Shown: positions 35,760-44,548 of the stretch, piece after piece | Numbering within the stretch: position 1 is the first letter of the stretch | Layout of the letters: every line of letters starts with the position of its first letter | Source: Candidatus Binatia bacterium | GTDB taxonomy: Bacteria; Desulfobacterota; Binatia; UBA9968 | Assembly (NCBI GenBank): GCA_036000865.1 | Contig: DASYUV010000002.1 | Span: forward strand, 4,431-68,430 | Length of the DNA stretch: 64,000 bases | Reading direction: 5' to 3' | Made by a program: the position numbers and the translations under genes | Notes under the pieces: model-generated | Database searches by the model: none | What the model saw: the letters and a program-made list of their open reading frames with translations, nothing else | Told to the model about the DNA's origin: nothing

Positions 35760-36530
35760 ATGATCGAAGGACTGAAAGACAAAGTGGTCATCGTTACCGG
35801 AGGCGGCCACGGCATCGGGCGGGCGTATTGCCATGGCTTTGCCGAAGCGGGCGCCAAAGTCGTCGTCGCCGATATCGACGCACCGGCCGCGGAAAAGGTT
35901 GCCGGCGAAGTGATCAAGCAGTTCGATGCCAAAGCGCTGGCTGCAAAGGTCGACGTGGCGGGCGAACAATCGACTAAAGACATGGCCAAACTCGCGCTCG
36001 ATAAGTTTGGACAAATCGACATCCTGATCAATAATGCTGCTATCTTTGCAACCATTCCGATGAACCGCGGCGGTATCGACAGCATCGACCCGGCCGAATG
36101 GGACCGCATGATGGCGGTGAATTTGAAAGGCTTGTTCTTCTGCTGCCGCGCCGTGCTGCCCACTATGCGCCGCCAGAAAACAGGCAAGATCATTAATATT
36201 TCATCCGGCACGGTATTAAACGGCAGCGCCGGGCGCATTCATTACGTGACTTCGAAGGCCGGTGTCATCGGCTTTACCCGCACCCTCGCCCGCGAAGTCG
36301 GCGACGACAACATCAACGTCAATGCCATCGCGCCCGGTTCGACTCTTTCGGAGGACAATCCGTCCGAAGAGGTACTTAAAATGCGCGGCGCGCGGGTCGG
36401 CGACCGCTGCTTGAAGCGCGTCCAATTACCTAAGGATCTGGTCGGCACAGTGCTCTTCCTCGCATCGCCGCTTAGCGATTTTATGACCGGCCAAACCGTC
36501 GCCGTGGACGGTGGCACGGCATTTCTATAA
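35760..36530 (+). CDS. SDR family oxidoreductase (FabG-like)
   Basis: TGGGHGIGRA, NNAA and YVTSK motifs. ATG 35760 has GAGGGAG upstream. Confidence 0.9.
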   Translation: MIEGLKDKVVIVTGGGHGIGRAYCHGFAEAGAKVVVADIDAPAAEKVAGEVIKQFDAKALAAKVDVAGEQSTKDMAKLALDKFGQIDILINNAAIFATIPMNRGGIDSIDPAEWDRMMAVNLKGLFFCCRAVLPTMRRQKTGKIINISSGTVLNGSAGRIHYVTSKAGVIGFTRTLAREVGDDNINVNAIAPGSTLSEDNPSEEVLKMRGARVGDRCLKRVQLPKDLVGTVLFLASPLSDFMTGQTVAVDGGTAFL

Positions 36531-36567
36531 TGCGGTGTTTGGGAAACTTGTTAAGGGCTATCCCTAT

Positions 36568-36660
36568 CCGTCATGCGGTGAAAACCGATATCCAGTAGGG
36601 GCGGGTTTGAAACCCGCCCCTACGCTCGGATTCCGGGTCACGCCGGCTCGCGAAATGACG
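36568..36660. repeat. Family D hairpin, copy 2, with flanking B-like ends
   Basis: ccgtcatgcgg..ccaGTAGGGGCGGGTTTGAAACCCGCCCCTACgctcggattccggg..cgcgaaatgacg. Confidence 0.75.
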
Positions 36661-36694
36661 ATCGAAATCTACTAAAAACTTCTTAGAGCCACCA

Positions 36695-37516
36695 ATGACT
36701 GAATACGAACACCGAACGATTATCGCCGGCGATGTCAAGACCCATTTTTTGGAGGCGGGCAGCGGGCCCGATTTAATTTTGCTTCACGGTGGCGAGTACG
36801 GTGCTTCGGCCGAGATCACGTGGCGCCATAACATCGCTGCGCTTGCCGAACGGTTTCACGTCATCGCTCCCGACATTCTCGGTTGGGGACAAACAGAGAA
36901 GATTTACAGCTTTTCAGATCCAGCTGGATTGCGCATCCGACATCTGCAGAGATTCCTGGAAACCCTGGGAATCGGCAAAGCATTCTTCGTCGGCAATTCC
37001 GCCGGTGGTGGACTGGTTCTCAGAAGCGCTGTGCGCCATCCGCTGCCTTTGCAAATCCAAAAAATGGTGACCATCTGCGGCAACGCCAGTGTGTTCAAGA
37101 CAACGTCGCAAGCAGATCTGGATAACTACACACCGTCGATGGAGAACATGAAAAAAATCGTCGCGCTGCTTTACCACGATCCCAAGTGGCAAACCGAAGA
37201 AAACATCCGCGAGCGTTACGAAAGCTCGATCATTCCCGGCGCCTGGGAGGCATTGTCGGCGGCCCGTCTAAGGAGTCCGGTTCACCAAGTGCGCTCGACC
37301 ACCGAGGCATTCGTCAAGCAGCTTTCACAGCTCAACATCCCGCTGCTCATCATGTCCTGCGAGCACGACCCGCTCAATCAGCGCGATTGGGACGTCAACT
37401 TTCAGAAAATTATCCCCGGCTCCAAAGTGCATCGCTTCATGAACTCGGCCCATGAACCGCAGGTCGAAGAGACCGAGGAGTTTAACCGCGTGCTGGTCGA
37501 GTTCCTCCTGAGTTAG
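36695..37516 (+). CDS. Alpha/beta hydrolase (meta-cleavage-product hydrolase, BphD-like)
   Basis: HG oxyanion motif LILLHGG, nucleophile elbow GNSAGG, and a C-terminal His region (NSAHEPQVE). Confidence 0.85.
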   Translation: MTEYEHRTIIAGDVKTHFLEAGSGPDLILLHGGEYGASAEITWRHNIAALAERFHVIAPDILGWGQTEKIYSFSDPAGLRIRHLQRFLETLGIGKAFFVGNSAGGGLVLRSAVRHPLPLQIQKMVTICGNASVFKTTSQADLDNYTPSMENMKKIVALLYHDPKWQTEENIRERYESSIIPGAWEALSAARLRSPVHQVRSTTEAFVKQLSQLNIPLLIMSCEHDPLNQRDWDVNFQKIIPGSKVHRFMNSAHEPQVEETEEFNRVLVEFLLS

Positions 37517-37567
37517 ATTTGAATACGTCGGGACTGATTGAGCCGCTCTTGTCGCACCGTGAAGTTA

Positions 37568-37678
37568 CGAATCGGCATACCGGCGAAAGCCGGTATCCAG
37601 GTACGTTTCGTTAAACATAAAATGATTGGATTCCGGCAGGAGTCTATCCTGAGCAAAGTCGAAGGGCCGGAATGACGG
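37568..37678 (+). repeat. Family B repeat, copy 3
   Basis: cgaatcggcatACCGGCgaaaGCCGGTatccaggt...ttggattccggcaggagtctatcctgagcaaagtcgaagggccggaatgacgg. Confidence 0.8.
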
Positions 37679-37692
37679 CTCTGGAGATGTTA

Positions 37693-38694
37693 ATGACCGT
37701 ATCTTTTGTAACACGCGGCTTCATCGTAATTTCCGCACTGCTTCATCTCTCGAGTACCCCATCTGCGTTCGCGCAGCTAACCCGTCTAAAAACTTCGTAC
37801 AGCGCCCTCACCGCCAACATGGCGGCCTATTGGCTGGCGAAGGACGCGAAGATTTTTGAAAAGCATGGGTTAAGCGTCGATGTTGTTCTGATCGAAAGCG
37901 GCGTCACCACGGTCCAGGCGTTGACCGCCGGTGAAACCCAGATCGCCATGGGAGGCGGCACAGTCGCGGTCAGCAGCAATCTTGCCGGCAGCGATATCGT
38001 ATCGATCGCCAGCATCGAAAGCCGCCTCCCCTACGCGCTGCTCTCGCAAAAAGACATCAAGACCATCGATCAGTTAAAAGGCAAACGGCTGGCGATTTCC
38101 CGCTTCGGCAGCGCTTCTGATTTGGCCGCGCGCCTGATCTTGCAGCGCTACGGATTGGTCGCCGACAAAGACGTAACGATCCTTCAGACCGGCGGCACGA
38201 GCACGCGCCTTTCCGCTCTACACAAGCGCAGCGTGGACGCAACGATCCTCACGCCGGAGTTTTTCACGCTTGCCAAGAAAGCCGGCTTCACGATCCTCGC
38301 CGATCCGACGCAATATGATATTCCGTTCCCCCAGCTGGAAGTCATCACTAGCCGCGCGTTTCTTAAAGCCAATGCCGACGTCGCGACGAGATATCTGCGC
38401 GCGATTATCGAAGGCATCTACGCGGTCAAAAATAACCCCGAACCAAGCATCCGCGCCCTTGGAAAATATCTCAAGATCGATGATCGAGAGGCTCTGGAAG
38501 AAGTCTATCGCCTGTACCGCGAGATCTATCCAGCAATACCGCATGTCTCACCCGCGGCCATTCAAACCCAGCTCACCTGGATGGCGGAACGCGATCCGCG
38601 GGCGAAAGCAGCCAAACCGGAACAATTCATCGACGGGACGATTTTGAAGGAGATCGAAAAGAGCGGGTTTGTTTCGCGGCTCTATCAAAAATGA
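37693..38694 (+). CDS. NMT1/THI5-like ABC substrate-binding protein, orphan
   Basis: Paralog of 26575 and 61266 (C-terminus EIEKSGFVSRLYQK). The ORF-track ATG at 37672 lies inside repeat B3. ATG 37693 has GGAG 6 nt upstream and gives a signal peptide. Confidence 0.85.
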   Translation: MTVSFVTRGFIVISALLHLSSTPSAFAQLTRLKTSYSALTANMAAYWLAKDAKIFEKHGLSVDVVLIESGVTTVQALTAGETQIAMGGGTVAVSSNLAGSDIVSIASIESRLPYALLSQKDIKTIDQLKGKRLAISRFGSASDLAARLILQRYGLVADKDVTILQTGGTSTRLSALHKRSVDATILTPEFFTLAKKAGFTILADPTQYDIPFPQLEVITSRAFLKANADVATRYLRAIIEGIYAVKNNPEPSIRALGKYLKIDDREALEEVYRLYREIYPAIPHVSPAAIQTQLTWMAERDPRAKAAKPEQFIDGTILKEIEKSGFVSRLYQK

Positions 38695-38704
38695 ATTGGT
38701 TGAC

Positions 38705-38870
38705 GAACGACCACGCAGCAAGCTGCGGGGCACAAAAGACATTGATGAGAATTTTTTCAAAAGTTGTCACCCCCGAATGTAGTAATCGGGGGTCCAGTCG
38801 GAGTTTCGCCTGGATTCCCGCGAAAAACATGCGGGAATGACGAACTTTTTGCGGCACAGCACGCTGTGTG
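38705..38870 (+). repeat. Composite structured intergenic repeat, family A, copy 3
   Basis: ..cCACGCAGCAAGCTGCGGGG.. gtCACCCCCGAatgtagtaaTCGGGGGTccagtc..cgcctggATTCCCGCgaaaaacatGCGGGAATgacg. Confidence 0.8.
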
Positions 38871-38949
38871 GAATCGAACCTGCCGTGATTTAAAAAGGCT
38901 GGGCATACTTCGACTCTCGCGCTCGAATTGATAACTGTCGAACTTAAGG

Positions 38950-39335
38950 TTAGGTGGGCGTGTCAGCATACGGTTCCGCGGCGATCTGATACGAGTCTTC
39001 ATAAACAATAAGCCAGGCCTAGTAGTCGCAATCATTTCGGTATGAATTCCATGGCCTTCCAGGATTACCATAATCTCCCTCATTTTGGCGATGTGTTCGG
39101 ATGCGGACTCCTTGAACCAGCTGATAGCTACTTTTTTCGCATGCGGTTTTGAGGACCGGGTGAAAGTTGTCGGACGCCGGAGATTTTTTTGAAACCATTT
39201 ATAGATTTCACGATAGACCTCTTCCTCGTGATGAACCAAATCACCTCTCGCCTCCAGTTCAGTCATGGCCTGAAATATCCCCTGTCGCCGGCTTGAGTCT
39301 CGGTCCACTTGTTGAATTACAAATCGGACGTACAC
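38950..39335 (-). pseudogene. Conserved hypothetical protein, frameshifted near 39008-39013
   Basis: MYVRFVIQQVDRDSSRRQGIF...ISWFKESASEHIAKMREIMVILEGHGIHTEMIATTRPG continues, after a 1-nt slip, as (x)IVYEDSYQIAAEPYADTPT-stop (TAA at 38950). Without correction the ORF runs on into repeat A3. Confidence 0.55.
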
Positions 39336-39435
39336 AAAATTCGAAACTTTTTCGAAGCGTTGCTCAAGCCCGGAGCGTGAGGCCTAAAATACCACGTCTA
39401 TCAATGGCACACCGATTAACAACCAAAGATATCTA

Positions 39436-40944
39436 TCACCGCTCCTGCGTGATTTCCGGCCGCTTATTTCCGAACCCGGTTGCCTGCTGGAATGCGTGAG
39501 CTATCTGTAGCACTCCGAAATCATTGCGATGCCGGCCGACGATCTGGATGCCGACCGGCAACCCATCGGCGGTAAAACCCGCGGGCACCGAAATCGCCGG
39601 ACAAAAGGTCGGCGTGATCCAATACGCGCTCTTCATCCACGCGATGTAGTGCTCCATTTCCACGCCTTCGATTTCGCGGGGCCAGCTCATTGTCGCATCA
39701 AACGGCGCCACTTGATTCACCGCGCAGACAAGAAATTCATATTTTTCCTGGAACACACGCATGCGCTCCATCAGTTCGCCATGCCGTGTCATAGCATTGG
39801 CCACGTCGGCTCCCGTGAGCCTGCTTCCGGATTCGATCTGCCAGATCGCTTCCGCCTTCATTTGATGCCGATGTTTCTCTAGCAACGGGCCGAGTGTGTG
39901 CCAGTAATTCCATGCGCGAAGAGTAATAAATATCTCATCGGCGGCGCGCAGATCGGGACAGGCATCTTCGACGATGCATCCAAGATCAATAAAAGTTTTC
40001 CGCTGCGCTTCCAAGACCGATCGAACGCGGCGGTCGAGCGGCAGGCCACCGAGATCAAGACACCAGGCAACTCGCACATCCTTAAAGTCGCGATCCAATG
40101 GTTTGGCAAAGATCGAAGGCTCAGACGGATAAACCGCCGGATCACGCGGATCGACCCCGGCCATGGCACTGAGCAAGAAGGCAACATCGATCACCGAACG
40201 CGCCATTGGACCCTTGACGCTAAATCCCAAGAACGGCAGCAGCGTCGGCGCGGTCGGCACTAGCCCGACAGTAGGGCGAAAAGCGACGATGTTGTTGAAG
40301 TTGGCCGGATTCCTCAATGAACCGCCGAGGTCGCTTCCACTGGCCAGCGGTAACAAACCCGCGGCAAGCGCCGCGCCAGCGCCTCCGCTCGAACCACCCG
40401 CACTCTTCTTGAGATCGTAAGGATTGAGTGTCGTGCCATAGACTTCGTTGTAGGTGTGCGAGCCCATGCCGAATTCAGATACGTTGGTCTTGCCGATAGG
40501 GATCACGCCGGCGTGCTTCAACCGCTCAACAAGAACTGAATCCTCCGCGGGCATGAAATCTTTGAAGATCGGCGACCCGCGCGTCAAAGGAAAACCGACC
40601 GCCGCGTCCAAGTCCTTAAAGGCGAACGGCAACCCATGGAGCGGTCCCACATCGTCGCCTCGCGCCAAACGCCTATCAGCCTCGTCCGCGAGAACAAGGC
40701 ATTTATCATCGGGAAGTTTGGCGACTATCGCATTGATCTTTGGATTGACCCGCTCGATCTGGGCGAGGAACGCGGTCATGACTTCGCGCGCGGAAATGCC
40801 ACGCGCGCGGATCACCTGTGCCAGCTCGCAAGCACTCATGAAGCATATTTCGCGGTCTGCGTCTGCGCGGGAGTTCATGCACTTTGCAATTCTAGTGTCG
40901 TACTTCCAAAATCCATTTAATAATTCAGGCATTCCGAACGACAC
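39436..40944 (-). CDS. Amidase (amidase-signature family)
   Basis: AS-family signature GGSSGGAGAALAAGL and the catalytic-region blocks (KDLDAAVGFPLTRGS, GSDLGGSLRNPA). The start is uncertain (GTG 40944, ATG 40932 or ATG 40878). Confidence 0.85.
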   Translation of the reverse strand: MSFGMPELLNGFWKYDTRIAKCMNSRADADREICFMSACELAQVIRARGISAREVMTAFLAQIERVNPKINAIVAKLPDDKCLVLADEADRRLARGDDVGPLHGLPFAFKDLDAAVGFPLTRGSPIFKDFMPAEDSVLVERLKHAGVIPIGKTNVSEFGMGSHTYNEVYGTTLNPYDLKKSAGGSSGGAGAALAAGLLPLASGSDLGGSLRNPANFNNIVAFRPTVGLVPTAPTLLPFLGFSVKGPMARSVIDVAFLLSAMAGVDPRDPAVYPSEPSIFAKPLDRDFKDVRVAWCLDLGGLPLDRRVRSVLEAQRKTFIDLGCIVEDACPDLRAADEIFITLRAWNYWHTLGPLLEKHRHQMKAEAIWQIESGSRLTGADVANAMTRHGELMERMRVFQEKYEFLVCAVNQVAPFDATMSWPREIEGVEMEHYIAWMKSAYWITPTFCPAISVPAGFTADGLPVGIQIVGRHRNDFGVLQIAHAFQQATGFGNKRPEITQER

Positions 40945-40959
40945 GGTGAAGGGCGGGGC

Positions 40960-41011
40960 GAGCCGGAATCCAGGGAAGAGGCCTGGATGCCGGCATTCGC
41001 CGGCATGACGG
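40960..41011 (-). repeat. Family B repeat, partial reversed copy
   Basis: ccggaatccag...cctggATGCCGGCattcGCCGGCATgacgg. This is the hairpin half of family B in reverse orientation. Confidence 0.6.
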
Positions 41012-41103
41012 CGAATAGACGAATAACTTATTTGATCAACTTTAGTTCCACTCCCGCAGCATGGAGAGAGATATGCCCGATATGGCCGGAAAGGAAATCC
41101 AAT

Positions 41104-41649
41104 CTAAATCCCCGGCTCCTTTACACCGATCGGCGGCTTGGCAATGTTTTTAGAAATTTCGCCCACATCCCAAAGTCTGGAGAACTTCAGCGCGCGCGGG
41201 CAGTGGCTGTAGGACTCTTCAACGTCGAGCAGCAAGCCTTGAAGGACTTCCGCTTTTTCGTCGGGGTCAAAGACTTCAAGCTTGGCATCGCTCAACTGCG
41301 ACCTATCGACGACCGTCACCCGCCCATTGATTCTGACCGTTGAATTGTGCCCGGGGATTAAAAAGATCAGGCCGACTTTCGGATTGTGTTCGATATTCCC
41401 GTAGCCGTGGAATAGCTTATTCCCAGCAACATCTGAAATGAACAACTGCTTGTCGTTCAGGATTTTGACAAACCCGGGCGTGCCGCCCTTGGGTGAAGCG
41501 TCACAATCGCCCGCTGCATTGCTCGTCGCCATGACACAAAATGGCGAGTGTCGAATAAAATCTTGTACCCACGGAGCCATGTGCGGCCTGACTTTTCCCG
41601 CGGTGCGTTCCACCGGATAGCCGAATTTGTCTTGATACTTTGTACTCAT
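41104..41649 (-). CDS. Pyridoxamine 5'-phosphate oxidase-family FMN-binding protein (MSMEG_1061-like)
   Basis: The pattern FIRHSPFCVMATSNAAGDCDASPKGG.PGFVKILNDKQLFISDVAGNKLFHGYGNI and RINGRVTV is typical of this PPOX subfamily. Confidence 0.75.
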   Translation of the reverse strand: MSTKYQDKFGYPVERTAGKVRPHMAPWVQDFIRHSPFCVMATSNAAGDCDASPKGGTPGFVKILNDKQLFISDVAGNKLFHGYGNIEHNPKVGLIFLIPGHNSTVRINGRVTVVDRSQLSDAKLEVFDPDEKAEVLQGLLLDVEESYSHCPRALKFSRLWDVGEISKNIAKPPIGVKEPGI

Positions 41650-41719
41650 TGGTCACTCCCTGAATCCGCCCTCACAAGTGGCTAACCCACGGAAAGCCGG
41701 AACTTTCAAAGTTTCTTAA

Positions 41720-42421
41720 TCATCGTCTCCTGCTGAGCTCGGATAACACTTCAAGTTGTATTTCTTGAATCTGCGCCAGACGCTCCCACTGATGCGACAG
41801 CAGATGATCGACTTTCTCATGAAGATGTCTGATTTCCAATTCGGCCTTGAGGTTGACCTGGTAATCGTGCTGCGAGCGGACCCGGTCTTTTGCCTCCTGG
41901 CGGTTCTGGCTCATCATGATGATCGGCGCCTGAATTGCAGCGATGCACGATAGAATCAAATTCAGCAAAATATACGGATACGGGTCGATCGGCCGGGAGT
42001 AGAGCACGAAAGTGTTTAGACCAATCCACAATGCGAGAAACGCGCCGAATGAGATCAAAAACGTCCAACTGCCGCCGAACGTAGCGATCCGATCCGCTAG
42101 CCGTTCGCCGAATGTCCAGTCTCCCTCAAATTCCGTATCGACATCCTTTGAAAGCGTTTCGTGTTCGCGAAGACTGTGCAGCACTTCATGCTCAAGGGAA
42201 CTTAGATCGCCTTTTTCGGATTCCAGGAGTGTATGGACGTATTTGGAACGATAGTGGTTGAGATCAGGTCGACAAATAAGCTGATCCTGCGACCATTTCG
42301 GATGCTCGCGCAGAATCTCGTTGGCAATCACATCGCGCACCGCGATTCCTGGCACTAGATCGCGCAAGTGAAAACTCTTGCCGCAGACAGCACAGGTTTT
42401 GGATTCTTTGGCGTTGGCCAT
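41720..42421 (-). CDS. DUF1003 membrane protein with N-terminal zinc-ribbon-like CxxC
   Basis: DUF1003 core: GSWTFLISFGAFLALWIGLN...PYPYILLNLILSCIAAIQAPIIMMSQNRQEAKDR...DYQVNLKAELEI. Confidence 0.8.
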   Translation of the reverse strand: MANAKESKTCAVCGKSFHLRDLVPGIAVRDVIANEILREHPKWSQDQLICRPDLNHYRSKYVHTLLESEKGDLSSLEHEVLHSLREHETLSKDVDTEFEGDWTFGERLADRIATFGGSWTFLISFGAFLALWIGLNTFVLYSRPIDPYPYILLNLILSCIAAIQAPIIMMSQNRQEAKDRVRSQHDYQVNLKAELEIRHLHEKVDHLLSHQWERLAQIQEIQLEVLSELSRRR

Positions 42422-42459
42422 GACGCTATTGAGAGTTGAGTGGGATATGTAACAAAGGA

Positions 42460-43014
42460 TTATTTTTTGTCTAAAAAAGTCAGGCGCTCGGCCATGGGCG
42501 TTTCGGGAAAAACATAGCCGCAGGCGCGGCAGGTGCGGAGCTTTTCGTCGGCGTTGAATTCGGCATAGACCGCGGAAACCTGCGAAGGGATATTTCCCTG
42601 GTTGACCATGCGCGACAGCACCAGATCATCGCATTCCTCGCAAAACCAGGCGAATTCTTCTTTCTCTTCCTCGCGCCGCTTGCGCTCAATCACCAAACCC
42701 CAGGTATTCTCGAAACGGCGCGGTGAGTGTGCCAAGCCGCCGGGACAAACAAATATCTCTCCTTCTTTGATCGTCACCGCCTGCCGACGTTCGCCTTCGG
42801 GCTTGAGCACGAGCTCCATGTCGCCTTGGACCTGGTAAAAAAACTCGTCTCCGGGTTCGATGTGAAAATCGAGCCGAGTATTCGGTCCGCGCAAAATCAT
42901 GACAAGAAAATCCTTGTGATGAACAAGAAGCTGGTTCGTTCTAAAAGGCGGGTTGAAGTAAGACTGGTTTTCCTCGACCCATTTTTTGAGATGGTAGGTA
43001 GATAGCAAGTCCAT
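42460..43014 (-). CDS. 3-hydroxyanthranilate 3,4-dioxygenase
   Basis: Cupin core (DFHIEPGDEFFYQVQGDMEL, IFVCPGGLAHSPRR) plus the C-terminal rubredoxin-like CEECD...CRACG site typical of HAAO/NbaC. Confidence 0.85.
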   Translation of the reverse strand: MDLLSTYHLKKWVEENQSYFNPPFRTNQLLVHHKDFLVMILRGPNTRLDFHIEPGDEFFYQVQGDMELVLKPEGERRQAVTIKEGEIFVCPGGLAHSPRRFENTWGLVIERKRREEEKEEFAWFCEECDDLVLSRMVNQGNIPSQVSAVYAEFNADEKLRTCRACGYVFPETPMAERLTFLDKK

Positions 43015-43015
43015 A

Positions 43016-43789
43016 TCACACCTTCTTCGCGCATTCTCTGGCGACTCCGTCGGTCAGTGCCCACCAGATCGCCAAGCCTTTACGCAGTGCTTTGAGCACG
43101 CGAATCTGTAACTCATTTGTTGTCGCGAATTGTTCCACTAACTCGTAGCCGATGTTGCTGTGCTCGGTGTCGGCTTCGCCATGCTCCGCGAAGAATTCGA
43201 TATCGTGCGGCTTCAAACCGTAATGATCCCGGAATGCTCGGAAGAACTTGCCGCCGGTCAATTGATTGGAAAACTCGTTGCAGCAATTGGTCGAAGCCAC
43301 CTGTTCGAGAATGTGGTTGCTTCTGAGCGCAATGTCGAGCCAGCCGACGCGCGCCAGAACCGTCGTCGGCAAAAAATCTTCTTCGGCCTCGCAGCGCTCC
43401 AATTCCTTGGCGGGAATGCCGATGCTTTCACCGAATCGGAGAAAAAGCGCGCGGTGGCCCAAAACCGGACGCGGCGAACCTTCGAAGTATTTGTAACCGA
43501 CTTCGGAATGAATAATGTCGACGAATTTCTTATGGATCTCAGGATCGTGGATGCCGGACAATTGGCAGCGCACCAACTTCGCCGTATTGATCGCGACGTT
43601 GTAGGCAAATATCCCCCATGCCTCTTTCGCCCAAACTCGAATCGCCGCCAACGGCAGCTTGCCTTCGTATAGATCGAGATAGAACGGGTGATGCAAACGC
43701 GCGTGGCCGTTCTTTACTTCGTCCACGAGTACATCGCAAAATTCCTTCGGCGACAGCGTCTTTCCACTCAAAACTGCCTCAGCAGACAT
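43016..43789 (-). CDS. Heme-oxygenase-like (TenA/PqqC/CADD-type) putative diiron enzyme
   Basis: All-helical protein with HHPFYLDLYEGKL... and ...FFAEHGEADTEHSNIG motifs typical of the iron-containing redox enzyme family. ATG 43789 has GAGGTG upstream. There is a 1-nt gap to the HAAO gene. Confidence 0.7.
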   Translation of the reverse strand: MSAEAVLSGKTLSPKEFCDVLVDEVKNGHARLHHPFYLDLYEGKLPLAAIRVWAKEAWGIFAYNVAINTAKLVRCQLSGIHDPEIHKKFVDIIHSEVGYKYFEGSPRPVLGHRALFLRFGESIGIPAKELERCEAEEDFLPTTVLARVGWLDIALRSNHILEQVASTNCCNEFSNQLTGGKFFRAFRDHYGLKPHDIEFFAEHGEADTEHSNIGYELVEQFATTNELQIRVLKALRKGLAIWWALTDGVARECAKKV

Positions 43790-43837
43790 GTTCACCTCGA
43801 ACAACCGTTGAGTTGTGAAGCCGCAGTTGGAACCACC

Positions 43838-44275
43838 CTATGGTTTACGTTTCCTGCGCTCGTCAAACTTGAACTTGTTGGCGTTGCAAGCAATCTCGAC
43901 GCGATTGCCGTCGGGATCGAGAAAACTAATCGACCGATTACCGGCGACTACTAACGTCTCCGGTCCACTCACGATGGGAATCTTGTGCCGTTTCAAGACG
44001 GGATGGATCTTATCGATGATATCGTTCGAGTCGACGTAGATGCAGAAATGATGCAGCTTGGGTACGCCATTTTCTGCCGCGTGTTTCGTGCCCTTCGGCA
44101 AAGCCTGCAATGCAATATCGTGATGTTCCTTGCCGTAACTCAAAAAGATCATCTTCGTTCGAAGATTGCGAGCGGACACTTTCAGTCCGAGAATCGAACG
44201 GTAAAACCGTGCCGATTTTCTAAGATCCGCCACATTGAGAACGATATGTCCCAGCGCGCCGTTTTGTATGTTCAT
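43838..44275 (-). CDS. VOC (glyoxalase/bleomycin-resistance/extradiol dioxygenase) family protein
   Basis: LGHIVLNVADLRKSARFYRSILGLKV ... HHFCIYV ... DPDGNRVEI. Confidence 0.8.
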   Translation of the reverse strand: MNIQNGALGHIVLNVADLRKSARFYRSILGLKVSARNLRTKMIFLSYGKEHHDIALQALPKGTKHAAENGVPKLHHFCIYVDSNDIIDKIHPVLKRHKIPIVSGPETLVVAGNRSISFLDPDGNRVEIACNANKFKFDERRKRKP

Positions 44276-44320
44276 AGGAGGCTCAATAAATAACGACGCT
44301 CACTGCCTGTCAAGTCGCAT

Positions 44321-44472
44321 CCAGATCGGGTAGTGGTTCAGTTAGAGTGCGCTACGAATCTTCAGGTCGAGAAAGATTCCTCGCTTCCGCTCGGAATGAC
44401 AGCAAACCAACTAATTTGTCATCTCGGACGAAGTGAGAGATCTTGAGCTAACTGAACCACTACCCCAGATCG
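44321..44472. mobile_element. 136-bp MITE with 17-bp perfect terminal inverted repeats and 8-bp target-site duplication
   Basis: The direct repeat CCAGATCG (44321-44328 and 44465-44472) flanks the inverted repeats GGTAGTGGTTCAGTTAG (44329-44345) and CTAACTGAACCACTACC (44448-44464). There is no ORF inside. Confidence 0.75.
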
Positions 44473-44548
44473 ATTGGCTAATTCATTTGACAACGGTTTC
44501 GTAAATACGACATATTCCGCGCGGACACATAGAAAAGAGGCACGAGAA

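Noticed and set aside
37672-37692. ATG 37672 as the start of the SBP gene
   Set aside because: It lies inside the conserved ..ggaatgacgg end of repeat B3. ATG 37693 has a GGAG at proper spacing and still yields a full signal peptide.
38757-38949. C-terminal 60+ codons of ORF 38757..39335
   Set aside because: This part is a read-through into repeat A3 caused by a 1-nt frameshift near 39010. The homolog-like C-terminus (IVYEDSYQIAAEPYADTPT-stop) is in the adjacent frame and ends at 38950.
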